This document shows, one piece after another, positions 55,408 through 64,000 of a stretch of DNA of 64,000 nt. Each line of letters begins with the position of its first letter. The stretch's first letter is position 1. The translations under genes and the position numbers were made by a program. Under the pieces are notes generated by a model that worked only from the letters and a program-made list of their open reading frames with translations, did not search any database and had not been told where the DNA came from. Origin of the DNA: Bugula neritina (taxonomy: Eukaryota; Animalia; Bryozoa); the NCBI GenBank assembly GCA_964035545.1, contig OZ037765.1:5404698-5468697 (forward strand), written 5' to 3'.

Positions 55408-57253
55408 GGCAAGACATTTCCATATTATATTTCAACTGCTCTAAGTATACTTCCCTTCCAAATGCATTCTTAAAATAGATTATGGTAAACTTCAGGAAGA
55501 CAAGCTGCTGCTTTTGAATTGATTTTAATTACATTTTTTGTCCCACGTATTGCCAATTGTCATTATTGCCAACTCATTTATATTTTTTCGGCATACTGTG
55601 ACAGCAATTTGTCCGCCAGTTTTCAAATGTTTGCCAGGCATTAAAAACAGACAAAATCTGGTTTTATTGTAAAATAAAATAATGAATTTAGTAGGTAAAT
55701 ATAAATATCCTATATTAATAATAGTTAAAATATTATATTGTTTTTATTTTAGCTATACGTTAGAAATGCTTCAAAAAATAAGTACGATTTGTTTCATTCA
55801 TTTTAACAGAGTTTGCTTGTTAGAACTTTAAACTGAAACTGTTCAAGCTGTTTGCCACAAGTAAAAGTTTTAGCTTTGACTATTATTGAGAATCCATAAT
55901 TTGCTAAGAGAATTTAACTGCAGCAATAATTTGGATCAAGCATAAATCAGTTCATTGTAGCAAACAGATACCGATGTTTGGTGAAAGAAGGGTATTTATC
56001 AAAGCTTGTTTAAATAAGTCAATTTGTGTTGCTATCAGATGTAGTTTCAAATAATTAGTTGGAAAAGTGCTATATGTGGCAGTGGCGGGCTGGTTTCCAC
56101 TTTCATAACATATAGTGCATGTATCCAAGTGATTGGTGTACTGGGGTTGTGTATATATGAGTATATCGCAACCATCAAATTAACATGAAAATCGGGTAAA
56201 GCTAACAAATAGGCTTATTATTGTATAATGATAAATACTAAGACATAAATTAAAAAAGTGTGAATGCAACTTATTTCATCGGAATGCATTGAAATAAAAT
56301 TATTAGTGTAAAAGAATCACATTCAACTTGATGTAGCATAAATTTAACTTACAAGTTTAGCATTACAAATTCCTATATAAAACATATATAAAAGTATAAT
56401 ATAACTTGACTAGTAAAAGCAATTATATTAACGTTTTAGCCTAAGTGAATGTATCATAAAATATTAAAAAGAACAAGTTACAAGAGAAAACAACACCAAA
56501 ATGTGTTATATACATGAGGAAGACAACTCCATTTATAAAATAAGATTGTACCTAATATTATGATAATGTGATATAATACTATGATTATGTAACAATTCCG
56601 TGGCTTATAAATAAGTTATGCTTAAAAAAATTAGTTAGCTCAACATATGCAACCATCTTCCTTCAACTTTTAAATAAAAATGATATTGAGATTCAAAATT
56701 TTTTGACTGCCACATCATACATCACCTTACAAACTCAAACCTAACAAACATCTCAATCTTATGTAATAAGCTACAAATTATGTTACACAAGCATAGGCAG
56801 CCATGACTATGCGTAATTTGGAATCTATAACATATATTAATAAACTGCACAAAGGGTTGATAATAGAGGTGAATGTTGATCCTATATAACACACTTATAC
56901 ACTTCTACTATAAGTTTTACATTGGCTTTTCTTTACAGGGAATTGAGCATTGAAAACTAAAGTTTTTAGATTATGAGTATTTTAAACTGCTACTGCATAT
57001 ATAAGAATTGTCTTATGTAGTCATGTAGTGTTGCAGATTTTAAATTCTACCATAACAGTTCAGAGTACAAATGATTTAAGCTACTGGCTTAGGTAATCGA
57101 AAATACTAGAAAGTCTTCTTTAAGCACCTTAACTCAGTCTTTGTAGACAGTCGTCAGTTTTCCTATTCCAAAGTAAGAATGCAGCTCAGAGCAGTCTTAG
57201 TATTAGTCACCGGTATGTCTTTGGAGGGATGCAATGTTTTCACGGCTCATTAC

Positions 57254-60200
57254 TCATTTACAAATATTCCGTACTCTTGTTTCCTTGCAGACGTCGCACT
57301 CAACCTTGCAGCACCATTCAAAAGAGCACCTGCAGGTCTTCTCATGTATGTATGTCTCAGTTTCATGGCCTCTACTGCAGCACATTAGTTGACAGCCATC
57401 TATCTCCATAGAAGTAGCATTGCATTCCCTACCTCGTGTTCCTTTAAAATACAGTTGAAAAATAATAAATCATATAAATATATTAATTAGTTACTCAATT
57501 TTTATTTTGTTTTCATATTCAATTTTAATTTAAGACAGTCATTATTAAAGCTTTGTTACTCTAGCACTGGCCAAATATCTGCCAACAATAAACGTTAGAC
57601 TGCAAAGAGTAAATCTTGTTTGTTTCAATGAAATCGAGAAAGTTTTACAGATGTTAGCTAAAAGTATGGGTAAAATTATATTAACCTCAAAATAACATTA
57701 TAACATAAACAACTATATTCTATTAGGTCAGCTACACTTGCACCGAATATCTTGCATAGTATTTATTAAGAAAAATAACAAATATGTAATATTATATAAG
57801 TATTACGTAACTTTAGCTTGACAAACTATCTATCAAATGTGACTGTAGTTTACAATTAGTATAATGAACTTGCTGCAGGAATGATGCAGCAACGTATACC
57901 TAATATAATATACATAAATAATGTTACAAATATTATTAGTTAGACCACAGTCTTAGATTACCTTCGAATTTGTATTTCGAATTGGTGCTTGTAGTGCAGA
58001 AGTCAGGAGACTCTTGAAAGTAGACCATGTCTTTCTTGGTCGGTATCTTATGGCTCTCATCAACCGGGACAAAATTCAATTTATTTCGGTTAATTTTTTT
58101 CACGTCATTCTCTAAAAATAAGAAGTTTTGTAAAATAAATAATTTATATTTATTTTATTTTATCTATATTTATTATTTTCTGTTTGTGTTATTGTATTAA
58201 AGATTAGACCATTTCAATTTTTGTTTTAGTATTAAAAAAGCTATTCAAGTGCAGCAATGGAGAAATATCAATAGCCTAAATTATTTAATTTTCTTTATGA
58301 ATTTTGGTTTAGAGTGCAAATTGAAACATAACTTTTTTGCTATATATTTCTTAATTAGAACACAGGCTTTCTCAGTTTCTCAATTACTGCACTTACCTCT
58401 AAAAAGTACTTCAAACAGAAAGCGATTTCAAACACCACAACAAAACCAGCAATGCAACTGCAAACAGCATCAACAGGGCAATTTTTGGGGCAGAATATTT
58501 TGCAATATACAATGTTGGCCGGCCTATAGAGCTTCTGTTTTGTCACGGAAATAGATCAATGCCAAAGGTACCAACCTTTCCTATTCTTGGAACTTATGCT
58601 ATTTTCAAAGTTATTACTCAAATAGGATGCAGAGTTTCTGTCGCTTGATGAGCGACTGGGCCGATTGCTGCTAGAAGATGCTCTATTACCAGTGGATTCC
58701 CAGCCGTTACCTGTAGCCAGAGATTTGTACACATTAGTAAGAGCACAGAAACATATTAGAAAAAATCATGGTCTTCAGTTAGCCAATACACATCAGGTTA
58801 AACAACTACTTAATCAACATTATGCACTTGGATGCAAGCTTTAAAGTTAAAGTCTGGGTTGACATAAGCTTGTTTTTAAAACCAAACTGTTAGAAAACAA
58901 TGTGTGAAACAAAATAATAGATTCAAACGCAAAAATACTATGCTTAAATATTGTTGATAAGCATAACAAATGAACTCGGGGCCTGTCGGCATGAATTCAT
59001 CTGTTTGAAGTTGTATGGAAGTTATTTCTATTGTCCCTTTTACTTTTGTTTCACACTTTCGGAAACTAAACAGACAGGCTTTACAAACTAAAGTTGTCGA
59101 ACTTTATGAAAGTGTTGCTACTCTTTGTTGATAGGCGGCTTTAACTCTTTATTTTAAAAGTAATTAAGGCACGCATGAACTATCAAAGCATTATTACAGC
59201 TTAAGCATGCTATTAACACGAGCAGTTTTTTAGAATAGTATTCAGTTACATAATGTTGGTGTTACTTTTATTGTTTCCAGTTGAACTGTTTTCAATTTTA
59301 TAAACTTTTTTACATAAGCTCCGTACAAATCACTTCACGAAAATTCTGCAATAAGTCTCACACTCAAGTGTTACTTATAACTTAATTACATTCTTCTGAA
59401 AACCTGGAGTCTATATCCAAATACATAACATCAATATTGAAATTTAAATCAAATGTTGAACAATATCTAGAATAAAAATATTTTTATAGACAAGTTTTCA
59501 TCTAACCTGCATCTACTTTGCTGGCTCCGTCGAACTTCTCTTTCAGTCGGTCACCTATGACTTTGAATGAAGATAATTTCATCCAACAGGTTTTCATTGT
59601 ACAACTTCCAGACATCCCGTGACATTTACACTCTTTTCTTGTCTCACTCACCACGTGCTGAAACATACACATTCAAGTGTATAGCAATATAAATACTTGA
59701 TTTCATGTGGAAGTTGGCAACTAATATTCATTATAGTTAAATGCTGTCTCCCCTAATAGCTAGTAAAAATTAATTATTTTCCAACTGTGAGAGGTGTTGC
59801 ATATCACAAATACCTCTTGTATATATGTGGGTGCCAATATTAGAAAGGGTTTTATTTATTATGAGGACATCAAAGGTGTGAAAGTATATAACTTTTACAG
59901 TTTCACTAAATATATTCTGGTCAACAAACTATAAATTTCAAAAGCATGATTAATAAGTCAGTTTAATAGTTTTTTTTATGTGAAATATGTGATTAGGCAT
60001 AATCAAAAACTTCCTAAAAAGACAGTCAACAAAAGGATATAAACATAAAGCTAAATTTTTAGTTTCATAATAGATTTTAAGCTATTTTCGAATACAGGCC
60101 ATATTTTTACTTATATTAATTGTTAGATTCTTATCCAAATATTCTGTTCATTGAGTCTAAAAATTATCTAACTTTTGAAGTTGGAAATTATTTTAAATAA

Positions 60201-63200
60201 ATTGGTGAAACACGCCATTGTATCGCGAATAATATAATATTTGAGGAGCTGCCAGAAAAAACATTTAGCCTATCCAAACTTGTGCTTAGTAAGTGTCCTT
60301 TTAATGAGTTTCAAAAAAATCTACAAACTATGCTGGTGCTTGAATTTATACTGTAAGAGTAAGTTGGATTAGTTGATGGTAAGTTTTTATTATGTTGACA
60401 TGTACTAAAAATATATGCTTTGGTATGAGTCATGCCCAGTAGCTCTGCCAGTTGTTATTATTATTTTATGAGCACATATCTGCTAAGCCAGCCAAAAACT
60501 ATAACAATTTTGGAATATCATCACTTGCTGAAAATCATCCTAATCATTATTTATACCTTGCAGTAAAGATAAAAGAAAATCCTATTTCCTTTGTTGTGGT
60601 AAATGCCTTAGAAATATTTATAATGTCTTCACCCATCTAAATAATACACATTATGCTCACTGCAGCTATGGTTTTTATCTTTAATTACAGTCAATTTACA
60701 ATAAGCCAAATTTTCAATTACTTGGCGTATCATGTGCAGAAAGTTACAAATAAATATAGAGAAATAGGACTCTATATTATGTAATTTAAAACTATTCTAG
60801 CCTATTTTGAACAGCAATTGCATAGATAAGGATGAAGAAGGTGAATGACATTAGAAATAAATTTGCATCACATTATAATTGTACAAAATGAAATAAAAGA
60901 CGAGTTAGGTATGTAGATTTTAATGAACTGAAATACTATAAATGGTGTGCACTTTTTAATGTGAGGTCTTCAATTATTTCCATCCAATAAAATTGTTTAA
61001 TTTAGAAAGTTACAATACTGCATGATTTCCTACAAAACAGAATGAGAATACAGTTTATACTTAAAAGAAAACGAACTACTGGATATGATTTGATTATAGC
61101 TGTGAATAGTTTGCACTACTATGATTATTAATCAGTTAACTGTTTATAATTTGAATATAGCTGTGATCCAACTTGGTTTGGTAAAACTGAATTCTCAGCC
61201 TTTGATGGTTAAACAAGAATCCACATTACTCGGTATTCTAACTACCATCTTTAACCAGCAAAGCAAACTTCAAAAACTGTTACTATGACGACTAATTACT
61301 ACAAAATCACACTACTAAAGCAATATGTCTCTGAATAGGCCCAAGGTAGAAAAATAGTCTTTAATGTGATTCAGTTTTTAAAATTTAACCTAAAACATAA
61401 ACATTTTTGGAAAAATAAATAATTTTTTTAAAAAAGTTCAATTAATTCTTGTTAGGCTTGGTACTAGATATGACTATTGCTGGGAACGCAAGTTGCTCTT
61501 TTTCAACAAACTCAAACAATAGATTCTATTCAGTAAAAGAATCAAAAAGGCTATCAGCTCAAATTACAAAGTTACGAATCTTTCAAAACTGATTTAATTG
61601 AACAATAGGGGAGTGTGATACACACAGGTGAAGGCTGAGATAGACTGTATGACACACTAGATTGTACTTAGATAGTATTATAGTTCACCACGTGCACACA
61701 CATTCATCATATAATCATAGAAGATATGTACAGTATCGCTTGCAAGAAAGCATCAACAAGAACCTGAGAAATGTGAAGTCAACAAACGTTGATAAGCTTT
61801 GTTACTCAAAGTTATAAGCATAAATTAGGTTTGAAAAACACATCTAATAATTTAAGACTTGGAGTGTTTTTGAACAAAAATAGTTATAAAGCTGATGATA
61901 AATATTGTGATGTTGAAACAGTTTTCAGTTCCTGCCGTTATTTTCAGTTGACATGCATTGTTACAGAAATAAGTGTGCTGCAGAAATATGCTCAATTAGC
62001 AGAACATTACGCTTAGAAGATTAAAGAATGTTCTTTTGTAGATGTATATTTTTGGCAAAGAAGTTAATGAATTGTAATGGATCAATGAGCGTTTCATGTC
62101 ACAAGATATATTTCCTTTAACTTTTCAACTGTTCAACAAATTTGGTGGTCTACTTCTAAAGTTTATGAAGCTTGTCTGTGAACAGTTGATTTGAATGTTT
62201 CTAGTTAATTTATAAGAGTTGCTAGCGCGTGGCCCACAATTCAATTGGTGAGTAGTCACCTGTACCCATTATTGTTATGGACTATGCATTTTCATATATT
62301 TTTTAATTTACATGCTCATATACTTCAAAACACTATTTTACATTACATTACATTACAAATGTTTTAAGCATTGAATAATATACCATTACGTTATCAATTT
62401 GAAAACATTCAGCTGTGCTAAATGTAAAAGCAGCTGCAAGAATAATGTTGAAAAAGTTGATTAGAGTTAACACTAAGTTGTTGACTTGATTTATTGAAAT
62501 ATTTTAAGAATGTCATATTTTAAATATTCTCACAACTTTATCATTTTGCTTATAAATAACTAATAAAATATTTTAGGCAGTGAATATAATATTTCCCAAT
62601 AACAGTTTCAACAAACGTTTTCAGAAATACACTGACCTAACTCTATATGAAAAAATCTCACTATACTAGAAATTGGGAAACATAAACATTTAGTTAAAAG
62701 AGTATATTGAATTATTGGTAAAGTTTAACGTTTCATAGATACTTTTTAGTAAAAACTACTTTGTTTATGGAAATTAAACGAGTTTCCGAGCCACCAGTGA
62801 TCATAAATTATTTGAGTTACTTGTTGACAAGGCGAGCCTTTGAGTGCTCAGGATAAAATTAATAAATCATCAAATTCTGTTTTGAGGAACTTGCTAAACA
62901 GCTATAGGTGAAGACATGGAGGCAAATCATCCTGGCATTAAATGCCTTAGACTCAACAACAGCCAGCTTCAAATGATACAAACAACAGAAAGTTTTTGCC
63001 TTTAACGCACTCCATAATAGACAGACATAGTTAGTCTGAGTATACACTGACTCTCTAGACCTCATAGCAGTATTAGAAACATGTTAACCAACTAGCACAG
63101 CTCTATCAAAGCCCATGCACTAAAATTACCAATGCAACGGTTTTATTAATGTAACATAAATTTTTGCCAATGTTTGCAAGTAAATTATGTTGTTACAACA

Positions 63201-63755
63201 TTTTATTGCTCATTTCCAATCATGCTGACTTTCATATTTGAATTTGTCGTTTTTTTAAAAGATTATTCAAAACTTCTTTAACAAAATTATATTGGAAATA
63301 ACAAATCCATAACCTGAATGAGATATTATATACACAGAAGCATTGCTCTATTGTTTTCTTAAAGTATATCTATGTGGCCACAGTGTGCATATGATCATGT
63401 TCTGTAATTAAAAAGTGCTTTGGAGTTATATCCTTATATAAACAGCCTCAAAAGGAATAAATGTATTGAATGGAATCATTATAACTTACTCTTCGTCCTG
63501 CTTCATTATTTTGTCGATTGACCATAAATCGAAGATCTTCACCCTGTTCTATAGAATCGATAAATTGTTTCGAAAATCGATATCCAAACTTCACATTGTC
63601 GCTGCACCCTCCCCACTTCCAATCCTCGTCAGTCGGTTGTTCCAATCGGTAGTCACATGAACACGTGTGTATTCTCCCGGTGCTACAGGCAGTGGAAATA
63701 GCGTGCGCCACACCAGCCGACATTATCGAATAGATAAATGCGGTCTCCCTGCAAC
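57254..63755 (-). CDS. Wnt1: Wnt1/wingless, 5'-partial (5 exons in window)
   Basis: Exons 63755-63490, 59657-59507, 58710-58576, 58111-57962, 57441-57254, in frame with [72 protein letters not shown] and [15 protein letters not shown] are Wnt1-diagnostic. Upstream exons lie beyond 64000. Confidence 0.92.
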
Positions 63756-64000
63756 CTAAAACATTCAAGTTAGATGACTCTACCAAGTTATGCATAGTAA
63801 GTGTAAAATGCATATCCATGTATATAAATAATATCATAGTGAACAATCATTGCAAAACCATTAAATGAGTCAGACAAGCTTTTAAGTTATTCATTTCTGG
63901 TCCAAATGTTATTTAGTTCAGTTCTGTGAGTGTAACTCAATACACTGCTAGGATCTAATACCACAGAAAATTCCTTAAAATGTGATTAGTGTTGCTCAAA

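Noticed and set aside
58846-59143. Possible Kolobok-like MITE bounded by ttaaag...ctttaa
   Set aside because: Inverted similarity beyond the first few bases is too weak to support.

Overview
AT-rich, intron-rich genomic DNA from an invertebrate animal; the taxon cannot be fixed from sequence alone. Left half: a FAM124-like gene, then a ~14 kb tandem segmental duplication. Each copy carries a head-to-head pair of 11-exon secreted CBM39+GH16 beta-1,3-glucanase/glucan-recognition genes: A (-), B (+), C (-) and pseudogene D (+). The most unusual object is a ~1.97 kb, internally deleted Polinton/Maverick-like element (AGT...ACT ~125 bp TIRs, 6 bp TSD) inserted exactly on the start codon of gene C. 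It retains decayed virus-like cargo: a Rho_N-like helix-extension-helix repeat + RING-finger gene split by a nested Harbinger-like MITE, a second Rho_N-like gene start, a type II membrane protein start, and a repeated promoter-like motif. Gene C nevertheless keeps an intact ORF. Right half: a Wnt cluster in the order Wnt9-like(+), Wnt6(+), Wnt1(-, 5' end outside window). The Wnt9 is highly divergent (no WxWGGC motif; CKCLGLSTSC lipidation hairpin) and the Wnt1 carries a Ser-rich insert on its own exon. Also present are tRNA-derived SINEs, MITEs and micro/minisatellites. Gene models were assembled by hand from GT-AG boundaries and frame continuity; family calls come from motif recognition, not database searches.
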